NCBI GenBank assembly: GCA_964276515.1
Contig: OZ193910.1
Coordinates: forward strand, 4,588,001-4,652,000
Source of the DNA: Gordius albopunctatus
Taxonomy: Eukaryota
Direction of reading: 5' to 3'
Length of the DNA stretch: 64,000 nucleotides
Each line of letters begins with the position of its first letter. Position 1 is the first letter of the stretch. Shown one piece after another: positions 1-13,000 of the stretch. Both the position numbers and the translations under genes were made by a program. The notes under the pieces were generated by a model, which had not been told where the DNA came from, searched no databases, and was given only the letters and a program-made list of their open reading frames with translations.

Positions 1-806
1 AATATATTTGGAGCTAAAGATATTCCTTTTCAAATTACGGAAAGCGAATGGAGAAATTTTAAAGCCGAAATCAAATTTGAATCTAGTGACGCGGAAGAAG
101 ACAATAATAATCAAATCGATCAATTATATGAACCGGTGTCCAAACAACTTTTAGTCCGTCCCATTTTGAACGAAGAAAATAGGTAATGTATTAAATATAA
201 AATTTTCTATAAAGATGATAATTTTTAAACATTATTTACGTCATTCCTGAGAGAACAAAAGGCTAAATGTTTTAATTCAAAAGTCAATCAATACCTTTGC
301 CATTTCTATACAATCCTAATATTTGTTCATCAATATTTAGATCAATATCTGGCCAGCGACTAAATAAAGATGAATTCAAAGGATACAGTAATTATGTATC
401 CCAACACTATCGATTTTGGGAACAGTCCTCACCATCTTGTACAGTTAAAAGGTACGTGTCATGCACAAGGCTGTAATTAACATTAAAGTGACCCTGACCC
501 CTTATCGACTTCAATTCCTCATGAATTTTTAGAGCCCTGTTTGTGAACTTAAACGCTATTATAAAAAGCTAAATTATTAATATAAGTTTTATATGGAAAA
601 TAAAATGGTGCCATGCTTTAATTTGAGTTACGGTTGCATTTTTTACTAGTTCCAGTTATATTTGAGGTTCACCAGCAATACACTTTCGATTAAAAATACA
701 ATATTTATTAATATATTTCAATCAACATTTGTTATACAAATTTTAAAACATTATAATGATTCGATTTCAATAAGACATTTTATTCAGATTTGTTTCCTGT
801 CACTAA
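1..806 (+). CDS. 3' portion of an unidentified multi-exon gene (exons 1-182 and 341-451, probable terminal exon from 788)
   Basis: Frame 1 is open from base 1 (NIFGAKDIPFQITESEWRNFK...) to a donor AG|GTAATG at 183. Acceptor TTTAG at 340 continues in phase (RSISGQRLNKDEFKGYSNY...) to donor AG|GTACGT at 452. Acceptor TTCAG at 787 gives RFVSCH*. No family recognised and the last exon is uncertain. Confidence 0.45.
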
Positions 807-1794
807 TATTACATCAAGACTGAAAAGACCCTAGACGGGAGCGCTAAAGGAAGATAATTATCAATAAGATAAGTATGTATGCATCATAGGTCAGATTTAT
901 TAAATTTTCTATTTCACTTAAGTTGGGTAATTTATTATTACTGGGTAAATCTTTATTTTTTATAATCCCATTACTTATAGGATAAACTCAATTGAAGCAT
1001 CTTTATTAAAAGTGCATGGAATAAGCTTAGTTATGAATAAATTTTACTTTAATAAAATTGCAATCGAATTACTGCGTAAATTTAAACAGAATTTTCGGGA
1101 AGTAAATACCTGAAGGATAAACTTTATTGTATATAAAATTAAATTAAATCGTTGGAAGAAAAGTAAGTGAGTAAGCAGTGTTTTAAATTCCTTTATATAC
1201 TCGTGAATTAATTGAATAATTCAATTAAGTTTAGTGGTGCCTCCGCGAGACATAAATAAATCGATTACCTGAGGTATAAATAAATAAATTACATTTAGTG
1301 GTACCTCCGCGAGGTATAGATAAATCAATTACATTTAGTGATGAATCCGCGAGATATGCTTGATTGGTCAATTAACGTCGCTAAATAGTAAGGTAATGTA
1401 AATGTGTCAATTAAAAAACGATAAACTAAAGCTAGACAGATAACTTTGATAATCTAGTTAATTAATGATTTTAAGGTTTATAGAAAGTAACAAACTTTAT
1501 TCAAACAGTGACTAAAATACCGTAACTGACTACAATAACAATTAAAAATTTCCCCTGGTAATTAACTAAAGTTGATTTTCTAAAAAAAAGAAATTCTTGA
1601 AACTATTTGCATGTAACTTGTTATTTAACAGATTTAACTTCTTATAAAAAATCCCATCAACATATAGTAAGTATATAAGTATTAACAATCATAGCCGTAA
1701 AATACATTAATCTAACTGCGCAGATGATATATGCTCACCTATCTTAATTTCATTATAACGGCATTTATAAACATCGGATCACTTTACTTCTACT

Positions 1795-3477
1795 TAGGGA
1801 TTCCCAAGGGAAAATTCCCCTAAAAATATATTTTTTTAATCAAATTTATATGATCTAATTTAAGTTATATATTATTTTAATTTACTTTAATTTCATATTT
1901 ACCTCGTGGTAACTAATATTTTAAATATTTCCTAATTTATAATTTGTGAAAATTTGCTTAAATACTATTAACATCTAGTTGTTAACTTAAAAGATTTTGC
2001 AATCTACACTAAAGTTAATTAACTCAATAATCAGTTAAAACAATATACCCTTATAGTTACATTAACAATTAGTTCTCTAGTGTAAAATTCTTTCCATAAG
2101 AGGTAAATTTACCATGCTTGTAAATTTAATTTAATGTTTAGCAAAATCATTTAATTTTTATATTGACATTTTACTCTAAATCTGAAAATATTATATACCA
2201 ACTTAATAGTAAGTATAAGTAATATTTAAAAAATATATCAACTTGTTATTTAACATTAGAGAATTTGCAATCTACACTGAAATAATTATTACAATAATCC
2301 TAGGTAAGCTTTTAAGTTATATTAACAGGTAAATTTACATATGCTTGTAAATTTAAAATATTTAGTAAAATCATTTAAATTTTATATTGCCATTTTACTC
2401 TAAATCTGAAAATATTATATACCAACTTAATAGTAAGTATAAGTAATATTTAAAAAATATATCAACTTGTTATTTAACATTAGAGAATTTGCAATCTACA
2501 CTGAAATTAATTATTACAATAATCCTAGATAAGCTTTTAAGTTATATTAACAGGTAAATTTACATATGCTTGAATATTTAAAATATTTAGCAAAATCTAT
2601 TATATTTTTATTGCCATTAACTGTGAAAATATTTTTACCAACTTCAAATCAAGTAATCTTAAATAGATATTTATTTTATGCTAGTATTTAGTTTTTTGAT
2701 ATAGAAGTATTTGTTATATCTAACTAAATTAAAATTTCTACATTTTATTTAAACTGAATTTACACACAATTCTGGTAAAAATAATCTGTAATCCTTTGAA
2801 AACAATAAATGTAAAAATTTAATATTATTAAACTTATTTTTTTGACTAATAGTTAGTTTTTTGACTAATAGATGCCAAGAAAAACATCTGACATTTGGAA
2901 ACATTTTTCTAAACATTTATCTTCAAATAAGAAAAATTGTATTGCTGTTTGCAATTATTGCAATTTAAAATATACATTTCCAAACTCAACCAAAATGACA
3001 AATCATATAGCTAAGTGACCAGATTTTATAAAGGAAAAGAATTGTCAAGAAGTTTTCTTAATGCCCCCCTCTCCACAATCATCAATTTGTGAGGTAATGC
3101 TTGAAAAATGCCCTATACAACAAACATCTGCTTCATGTGACCCAAAACCATCAACATCCAATATTATTAGTTACTTTGATAGCATGGCCCAAACTCAGCA
3201 AGAGAAATTAGATGAAAAATTAGCATGGGCTATTTAATGATTTTCTTGTATTTGCTTCTTTATATTGTTTGACTAATAAATTTTATTAATCTTAATCATA
3301 CTAATGAACATTTTTTTATACTAATTTACCTGTCTTGCTCGTTATTTCCCCTTAATTTCTTGTTTTTTTTCGTTAATTCCCATTTTTCCCCATTATTTCC
3401 CGTTTTTTCCCATTATTTCCCGTATTTTCCCGTGAATTTTCCCTTAAGAAAATTTCTCGGGAAAATATCCATCCCTA
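1795..3477 (+). mobile_element. Internally deleted hAT transposon with a BED zinc-finger remnant
   Basis: Ends TAGGGAT...ATCCCTA with a perfect 8-bp TSD CTTCTACT (1787-1794 / 3478-3485). 2872-3237 reads MPRKTSDIWKHF...CNYC...MTNHIAK* and, after disruptions, YFDSMAQTQQEKLDEKLAWAI, typical of a hAT transposase N-terminus. Confidence 0.85.
1940..2660. repeat. ~224-bp tandem repeat (~3 copies) inside the hAT element
   Basis: CTCTAAATCTGAAAATATTATATACCAAC recurs at 2174 and 2398; TTTGCAATCTACACT recurs at ~1996, ~2264 and ~2488. Confidence 0.8.
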
Positions 3478-4109
3478 CTTCTACTAATTAAGGATGATTA
3501 TAAAATAAAAACATTTTAGAAGTCAGGCAAAAAACTTTTCTAATTTCCCCCTTAAATTAGTAATTTGTCACCCTAATTTTATGTTGTATCATTTTTATTG
3601 ACAAATCAATAAAGCCCTTTAATTAAGTTTGAGCTAATATAACGGACATGGTCGTTAATAGTTTAGCTTTTTGTGATATACACTAACAAAAGAACATTAA
3701 ATTTCAGTTAAGACCGAATTTTGGACAGTTGAAATGTAGTCATGTGTTATTGTGTTTATTAATGGCATGTTCTGGATGAGATGTGTAGGAAGGAAACGAT
3801 TGGAAATCAATAATTACAATTTAACTTTAATTATATTATTTGGTATTTGATATTAAGTTTGATAAAATTGTGAGACCTGTCATCAATTTATATTAAATTT
3901 TTGTAAAATTTTCATAGACTATATTATATCATTTCGTTTTTAAATACGACTTACTTAGTTTAATTCGATTTGCTATGCTAAATATATTTTATAATTTTTT
4001 TTTATTTTGACACATTTTTATATTGAAGATTTACACGGACATTTGAAATTTTTTACACGTCATTTAAATATATATGAAATGCGCGAATGAAATATAAAAT
4101 TATTACGGA

Positions 4110-6264
4110 TTAACGCTGTTCACCAGATAGCCCAGGATTATATTCTTTCTTGGTAATATTTTCCAGATCTTCCGATGTGTCCTTCTGAAAACGTTTACTA
4201 AGAGATGATAGGGGTGCGCTTTTGGATTGGCCAGAAAAGAGGACACTAGGTGTCAGGTATTTCGAGAAACGTATGGATTCAAGCTTTTTAAAGGTCTCGT
4301 CTCTAGTTTTGATGCTCAATATGATCAAGACCAAAACCAATGTGGCTCCTGATATGATAAGAGCGGCCAGAGCAAATTTATTCTCTTTTCGTCCGGACAT
4401 ATACTTGTCAATGTTTTTCCTGTGAGCGTCTTCATTAACGTTTTTCCACCATTGTAAACTTTGAGCAATATCGTTGATATAAGAATCATCTTGAGCGCTG
4501 ACAAACGACTTATTTTGGTCAATTGTTGAAGGAGACAATTCGGAAAGATTACCACCTGTTATGATAGAGCAGGACAAAGCATATAAGGGTGGTTCAAGTA
4601 TAGGCATCCCCTTAAGGAATGATGGACTAGCACATCGGGCCAATTTTAAATTTTCTTCCTGTGCATAGCGTTCATTATGATCCAATTCCGCTGACCAGAA
4701 CTCATACCAGTCCCTAAATTTTCGCATGTTACAATCACAATGCCATGGGTTTTCTGAAAATGATAAACAGACACATATTACTTATGAAAATTAGCCAATA
4801 CTTTGAAACATAAAAATATACATCATATAAAATAGAATCGAAATAGACATATAGGGAAATAAAAAACATACCTGCTAATCCTATAAACCGAATAACATTG
4901 TCTGTATTACTAAAGGCATCGATATCAAAAGTCGAAAGATTGTTTTTGCTCATATTAAGATGTTTCAAATTGAACAATGAATTAATGGTTTGAAAATGAA
5001 TGCTGGAAATATAATTATCAGCCAAATCTAAATATTCAAGGCTTTGTTCCAATGAGTAAAACGATTTTGGTTTCACTTCAGTTATGATGTTATCCGATAA
5101 ATCAATTCTCTTTAATGTTGGATTATTAACAAAAGCATAATCCACCAACTCAACGATAAAGTTTCTAGAAATATCAATAGTTTGCAACGATGGAAATTGC
5201 GTCAAAACATTGTGTGGTATATCCACCAAATGATTAGACTTTAGGTTAATATCTTTCAATGCCAAACTATCTTTTAATACTCCAGCTGAAATTATTTTAA
5301 GCTTATTATAACTTAAATCTATGGTTTCTAGCGATGGTAAGGCTGACAAGCTCGGTTCATTCAGCTCAATCAACTGATTAAACGATAAAGTAAGAGATTT
5401 TAAAGATGGTAAATTATTGAAAGAATTTTCTAGGGCGCTTAATCGATTCCCGTTGAAGGATAGGGATGACAAATTGCTTTTAATATCTTGAAAAGTACCG
5501 TATTCAATACTTTCTATCTCCGAATGATCCATATTTATATTTTGTATTGATTTAAGAAAATAAAATTGATCTTTTGATAGCGTTTTGTATGTTTTCAATG
5601 ATAAGAAAATGCTTTCAATAAATTGTGTGTGAGAAAATGTCGAAGGGGCAATATGACTTAGGTTTAGAGACGTCAGGTAAAGTTTGTTCAGCTTTGTTAA
5701 ACCTTCAAGAGCATGCTCTTGTAATTCGCTCATTCCAAATGTTATTAAATACAAGTTTTGTAAATTTGATAAACTGGAAAAGGCAAAGTTAGGAATTGTC
5801 TTTATATTTGAACTCAAAATTAAAAGTTCTTTAAGATTGTGTAAAGGTTTTATGGCTTCCACCGGAATTTCTTTCACTGTTTTATTATCTGCTTCCAAGA
5901 GTTCTTCGGAAATTTTTAAAGTTTCTAATGTACCTTCAAGTCCTTCAAAGGAAGAAGGCTCAAAATTTTGTATGTGATTTTTAATTAAGATTAACTTATT
6001 AATCTTTAAGTTTTTAAACATTCCATTCTTTATTATTGGCAAGTAATTAAGTTTTAAATAAAGATCTGATATATTGAGTTGTTGATAAAGTTTAAAGTTG
6101 ATTTTAAGTTCTGTGAATTTTGTGTTGTAGCACACAATTTTGGAAGAATTATATTTTTCATCTGGGGTGCATCGACATATAGATTTAGATAGATCCGTAG
6201 GACAAAGGTTTTGAGATAAATGAAGGGTTACCAGCGACATTATCAAACATAGTCTAATCCCCAT
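4110..6264 (-). CDS. Leucine-rich-repeat single-pass membrane protein, ~678 aa, join(6264..4872, 4753..4110)
   Basis: Signal peptide, LRRNT (CPTDLSKSICRC..IVC) and many LxxLxLxxN repeats. A GT-AG intron at 4871-4754 joins the two ORFs and restores the LRRCT (ENPWHCDCNMRKFRDW...CASP). TM segment FALAALIISGATLVLVLIILSI and a short tail with no TIR domain. The spliced length (2037 nt) is a multiple of 3. Confidence 0.9.
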
Positions 6265-7078
6265 TTTCTGCTATAAATATTTAATTTTTTTACATATTAA
6301 AACCTCATAGATCTTTTTGAAGTAAATACATAAGTGTTTATATTATAACAAAATTTAGAATTTTTATAGACATCATTTAAAAAATCAAATATTGTTTCAA
6401 AAACAAACTTAGGGTGCATATTGTTTTTAATATATACTTCATCTATTCTTCGTTCCTAATTGCTACACAAAACTTTCAAGGTGCGATATAAAATTTATTA
6501 AGTGATCACCTAAATATGGGATTATGAGACAATTTATGTCGATGACTAATTTATTAATAATAAATCTTTTTATAAAATGGTATATATGTTAGATTCAATT
6601 GAATATGGAATAAATAAAATAGATATTTTATTTGTAAATTTGACTCCCAGGAAGTTTATGTATTATTTTAATCCAAAATTGTTGATAAGTCGCAGATTAA
6701 GTACTATGTCTGCAAAGATATAGGAGGTCTATGAATTCATTTAAAGCCAAAAATATATGGAGACTGAGCTTTAGGGAGGAAAAACTAATATTAAATAATA
6801 TATTTATATGCAGATTTTATCACTAATTTGGGATAATTTACAAAATAATACTAATAAAAACATGGTGCTCTAAATCGCATTAAGAGTAGCAACTATTAGG
6901 ATATGAGGTTAATTTATTTAATAAAATTGATTCATTTTAGGTGCAGTAAATTGGGTTATTGACGAAGCTTTTTACGATTTTTAGCTGACAAGTATAGTGT
7001 CAAAACTCGAAATTGACGAGAAGAAACAATATGTAATCAATCGTCAATAGATTTTTTAACATATGCCCTTTTTTAATT

Positions 7079-10000
7079 ATGGAAAGGATTTTAAAAGCCC
7101 TTTTATATGAATTAAATAAGGAACAGAACTTAAATAAAGAAATATCGGATCGTGTAAATGGTAATAGATAATTACATAAAATTTGAAGCTATACAAATTT
7201 AAATCATATAACTAAATATAGTAAAATATATCATTCCAATTAATTGCACTTATTAAATATTTATTCTTATTTGCGAATTCCTAATAATGCAAACTCATTA
7301 CCATTTATTGCAGAGGCTGCTAATTTTTAAAGTTATGTCATTATCAAATCCTAAATATATGTGTGTATATATTCAAAATGAACATTTTGTTTAAAACATT
7401 TAAAGCTAAAATTTATAAAATATATTAAAATTTACCTGTCTTGAATAAGTTTGTTTCACTGAATTTTATAGATTTAATCACAATACATGATGGTTTGATT
7501 TTTTATAAAGAACACCATACAAAATATTTCTAATAAAATATTCTATACATTAATAAAAACTAGAGACTGGCCATGAACATATTGGATAGAGGATTTCCTT
7601 ATGATAATCAATTCCATTTGACTAATTTCACTTCCTTAATATTTATTATATAACCCTCGACCCACAAATTCAGATAACAGGTTATTTCTCATTTAGGTTT
7701 ATCAAGCTACATTTTTTATTTAATATATTGCCTAAGGGGTATTAATCGACCCCGATTATATAACTTTCCTTTTCAAATCCCGGATAATTTATCCGGTTTT
7801 TACCTTTACTAATGTATCAAGCATGTAAAAGTTTCCCTTTTCCCCCTATGTTAATTTAACCCAATAATCTCGGTATAATTATTTCCTGTAAAACTTTCCA
7901 TTCCTTCGGTTTCTAACTTTAATTATTCCTGTATTTATTGAAACGAACTCAAACATCGATACCTACATAAAAATAATTACTAACCAACCGCAATTAACCT
8001 TCCCCCCCCCCTACCATCATTCTCACCTATATCGCTTTCTATTAATTACATTAACTTCGATACATTTCAGGAGAATTTTGAGGATTTTCAAATTTATTTC
8101 CTCATCTCACGTTTACTTACACATCGTATTGCTTTACTGCATTATTTAATATGAAATATTAAGCGTTTTTTGTTAACGCCGCTTTAGGAATTTAGCTAAA
8201 AGTTGGTAGTGATTATTGAATGGGCTAAATAATAATTTTTCGAGTTTTAAAAGCATATTTTTTTAAATAGATACCAACTCTTGAATGTGTGGGAGAGGCA
8301 ATGCCCCCCCCCCCCCCCGGCTGGGCCCATAGCCCACGACGACAGTCATTCAGACTCCCATCTTTAAATCATATTAGTTTACCTAGTTGGGACTTTTATG
8401 GCCCGCTAAAATTAAACAAAGGTTTGTTTTTATAATGTTACAATTTATAATTATTTGATTAAATTAACAAGGATTTTATGGAATCCCCCTTGCCCTTTAT
8501 TTATAAATCAAATTTATTATATTAATATTTTACCGATTCAATTGCAAGTTGTCGACCTTTTAAAAAACGCCAAAATCGCTGTTTGTAGCAACTTTGAGAG
8601 CAATTATTTCAAAAACTTGACCTATATGGAAAAAATAGAAATTATATTCGTGTTCACCGCGAAAAACTCTACCAAAATCCGCAAACCGTTTGCCGGTGGA
8701 ATTTTTTTGTTGAACAGCGTAATTCGCGTTATGATTTTCTATGTTGCCCAGATTCAATTTTTACCGTTGATTAAATCCAATTTATACCTTTAAAAATGGA
8801 ATAAACACATTTTTTGTTAATTTTTATACAACTTTTTGACAAAAATTTGTGATTAATTATTACCGCCTCTCTTTATAAAATCCAAAATAACGAAATACGT
8901 AGGGGAGACCGGGGCTAGTCGTAGCCCGGGGTTACTATTATCTTTGTAATTATTTTTTAAAATAATAATGATATATTATTAAAATTTAAACCATAAGTGT
9001 ATGTTTTTATAAGGTATAAGTAAAAAAAATTTTGTTTATAAAAAATGAAATTCAAAATTTTTATAGAGGAAAAACGATTTTTCGGGGCTATTAGTAGCCT
9101 TGATAAAATTTTGTATTTTGCACATAAATTTTTTTTTGCTGTATATTTTGGACTGATTTAAGTTCTGTCTTATAAAGGGATAGATGATTAAATTATTATT
9201 TGCAATATAACATGTTGAATTATTAATTGTTTATAAAAATAGGGGTCGGGGCTAGTCGGAGAGGGGCTAGTGCGAGCCATTTTTCAGTGTGTAGACAAAT
9301 GTCAAGATTCAAAAAACAATAATTTTGTTTAATAATAATTTATCTTACTGTACTTTGGAATATTAATATACTATTTAAACATTTTTTTCCATGGCAGAAT
9401 TTGTCTTTTATGGGTACCTAAATGAGATTGTCATCTTGACCCGTTTTTATTTGTATTATGTACAATATAACCATATTACATTTGCATTCTCTATGTTTTT
9501 TATAATAAAACAATCTTTTTATTGATTTTAGTTAGCATATACCAATAGGAAGTGAAAACGTAAGGGATAATTTATCGCCCGAAAGAGGCTATGACTTGCC
9601 CCGGGCATTTTTTAAATTTTAAGGATTTTGCTTTTTTTAAAATTTAATTTGTGAGAAAACTATTACTTTTTTTAAATCCGAATTTTTTCCTATAGTAAAA
9701 ATAGACCTTAAAATTACGTTCCAACAAAAAAATGAATTTTTTAGTTTTTTTTTAAAACGCGATTTAATTTTTTAAGGCTATTTAGTCCCCGGTCTCCCCT
9801 ACTTACCGAAAAATGTTTTTGAAAAAAAACCTTTTTTTTATCTTAACTTAGTCGGTAAAACCCTCACCTACTTCGCCTTATCGCATTTTTAGGCCCCTTA
9901 TTGAGATTTCAATTAGGGAGAGATGGGGGCAAATATAAGAATGATTTTTTGTATTTTTTTGTATAATTTAGTTAACTTCTTATCTATGTATTTATGTACA

Positions 10001-13000
10001 ATTTTTGAATTGTGGTGGGGGAGGGAGTCAAGTGCCGTTTTCTTGACTCCCTCTGACTACTTCTAAGCAAGACTGTGTTAATCAGAGGGTAGTTTTGTTT
10101 AAATATTTTCGCCCAAGCCGGCCCGGTTCGTTTTTATAATTATAAGTTCCCCGCTCGTGCTCGCTCGAACCTCTCTTAACTGCCCCCCCCCCCAAAAAAA
10201 ATGATGATTTTTATAATTTTTACAATAATTTTGTCAGATTTTCTAAAAAAATTATTTTATCCTCAATTTTTTGGTTAAGAACTAAGATTGATTAATATTA
10301 TAGGATCAAATAAAAAAGTTACAAAATAATACATGAAATATACACTATTAAAAAAATCTCATAGAGCCCGAATTCCCCTAATCTTGTTATAATTCCGTCC
10401 GGGCTAGCCCAAAAAACTTTGCCCGGCCCGGTTCTTGGACTGGGTGGGCAAGGTCTGGCAGCGGGCCGGTTGGGCTTTTCTGGTCAGTCGTGAATAATTT
10501 TAAATATTTTATCGTTCTTTTAGAATGTCTCGATGAAATAGAGGATTGCAAAACATCGTACGACGACCTTAGGTAAGCCACTTATTATTATTATAGGTTA
10601 TTGTTTGCACTAATCGGGAGCGCCCTTCATATTTATAAGTATGGAGCCTAAAAAAGTTTTAAAACGTGGTTTCAAACTTTGATTTTTATAAATAACCTTG
10701 CAATATAATAAAATAATTAAAGCATTTTTAAGGTTAATTTACTATTAAGTTGAGGGGTGGTATCAAGTTCATCTTTATGAAGCCCCGATTTTCTTCTACT
10801 TCTTTATCAAGTATTTGGTCCCACATTGGTTGGGGTTCGTTTTGACGTGTATCTCCCATCTTGATCGGGTGAGTGTCTTGCTTATTCTTCTGAATTTTCA
10901 CAACTTTGTCCACTTGCCCTTTCCACGTGACACGGGGTCGTCCTCTTCCTCTCTTCCCCGATACCTCCATGTCCACTACTTTTCGATTTACGTCATATGC
11001 CCATACCATACCACCTAGGCCCCATTTTCGCTATAATGTGTCCGCAATAAGTTGAATACCCATTTGAGAGTCATTCGTCATATGGTCGAGCTTAGTATAC
11101 CCCAAGCTCCACTCTATCATTCTCGTCCAATCGCTTAACTCCCACCCAATGTTTCTAAACTGATCCCTTTGTATTTGCAAATTAAGTTTATTTGCTCTTT
11201 AAAGTGGAATTTAACAGTTGTTCACATAGGCACACACAACTTTTCCTATACGTGACACAGGTATAAAGTGTGACATGTATGTTTTTAAATGCCTGGGGGG
11301 CCTAAATGCGACGACGCGTTTAGGGGTAGATTGATTAGTGTTGTAAAAATGGTTTGCTATCTTTGGTCTATCTTTGTTTTAGTCGCATAAACAGACTAAA
11401 GGTTTTCGGTCAAACTTTTGGTCTCTTTGTGTTTAGTCGACTAAAACCAAAGGTCGACCCAACAAATGCCACCCCTTTTTACAACACCTAATCTTTAAAG
11501 ATGTGAGGTATCTTGTATATTTTGGAAAAAGTTCCAAAAGCGGGATTTTAATACCGAGCTCCCCTTTTAAATGAAAAGTCTGGACTCTGGTCTGGCTGGA
11601 CCCATTACCATATTTATCCCCCCCCCCCCCTGCATCATCCCTAAATCATCATTTCCAACTTTTATAACGTTTGCCCCACATTTTTATTGTAAACTTTTGC
11701 CTTTATTAATTTATTTATGAGAATAGAAATGATGTTTGCTTGTTTGTATGGTTTGCCTCTTTTAGACGGCGGTACATCGGTATCTTTGAATCGGCACTCG
11801 ATTGTTTTGATGAAAAGATTTCCACCTTAGCCCTTCACGGATTCCAGGTTCTACACCATTTTACAATATGGAATAATATGGCATTTTATGATGCGTAATA
11901 ACATTCCATGCTAAATACTAATGAATCCTTAGATTTAGGTTCGATTCAGTACTTATAACCTTTCCCGAAGGATTCCTAGAGTTAAAACTTGAGAAGGGTA
12001 ATAGTATTTAAAGGCAGAGACAAAATGATAATTTTTTTAAATTTAGGGCATAGTTGTTATATTAAATCTTTGAGAACATCTGGACTTAGAGAGGGGAAGC
12101 CGGTCCCTGCCACCCCCTGGCTGCTGTGCCCATGCATACTATCAATGTAAACATCTAAGGTTAGGGGCTATAGAGATGGTTAAAACTAGAGAACTGTAAA
12201 GTCACTTTTTTTAACCCGACCCGAAACGATTTCACAATATTTAACCCGAACCCGACCCGGCCCGACCCGAAAGCTAAAAATTGTTGTGTGCATGGGCATA
12301 GGCAAGGGACCGGCTACCCCTCTCTAAATTCAAAAACTCTTAGATATTATATCAAGTCATGGCTAAAATTAAAAAAATGGTTATTTTGCGCCTCCCTTAA
12401 TCATTATGGCCCCCATCTAGTTCCAATCATGGCTGCGAACGTGAGGGTGCTTAAAATTTAATCGACAAATTACAGTGTGGTTTGTGAAACTAATTGCAAA
12501 CCACAAATTTTTATTTAATAAATTTATTTGAATGATTGTTTATAGCGATATATAAATATGATAACATCTATTACAATATCGGCTCACATTTAATTTGAAC
12601 TATATATAGTTTTGCAAATGAATCATTTTAATAAATTTAAACTTACTTTTATTGTTCTATGAATATATATTTATGTAGTTTAAATTAATAATAAACTACC
12701 ACAATATAAAAATATCATTTGTGGATATATTTTACCTTTCGCGAGTCAAATTTAAATTTGCGTCCAAATTAAAATCTTCATTTATACATTTCGATATTAA
12801 TTATGAAAAATTATACAAAATGGCATTAATTCAAAAGATATTTCCACTGTATTTTGCAACGTAAGATTCATAACCTTTCACTCGAACCTGACCCGACCCG
12901 AAGACATTTCGAAATTTTCAATCCAGTTCTCTAGTTAAAACTAAGAAGACAAAAGGTCTTACAACTTTATAACGTAAAGTATTATAATTTATGGCTTCAA

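Noticed and set aside
4754..4871. Hydrophobic C-terminus of the 509-aa LRR ORF as a TM segment
   Set aside because: It is translated intron. Splicing restores the LRRCT motif, and the true TM is in exon 2.
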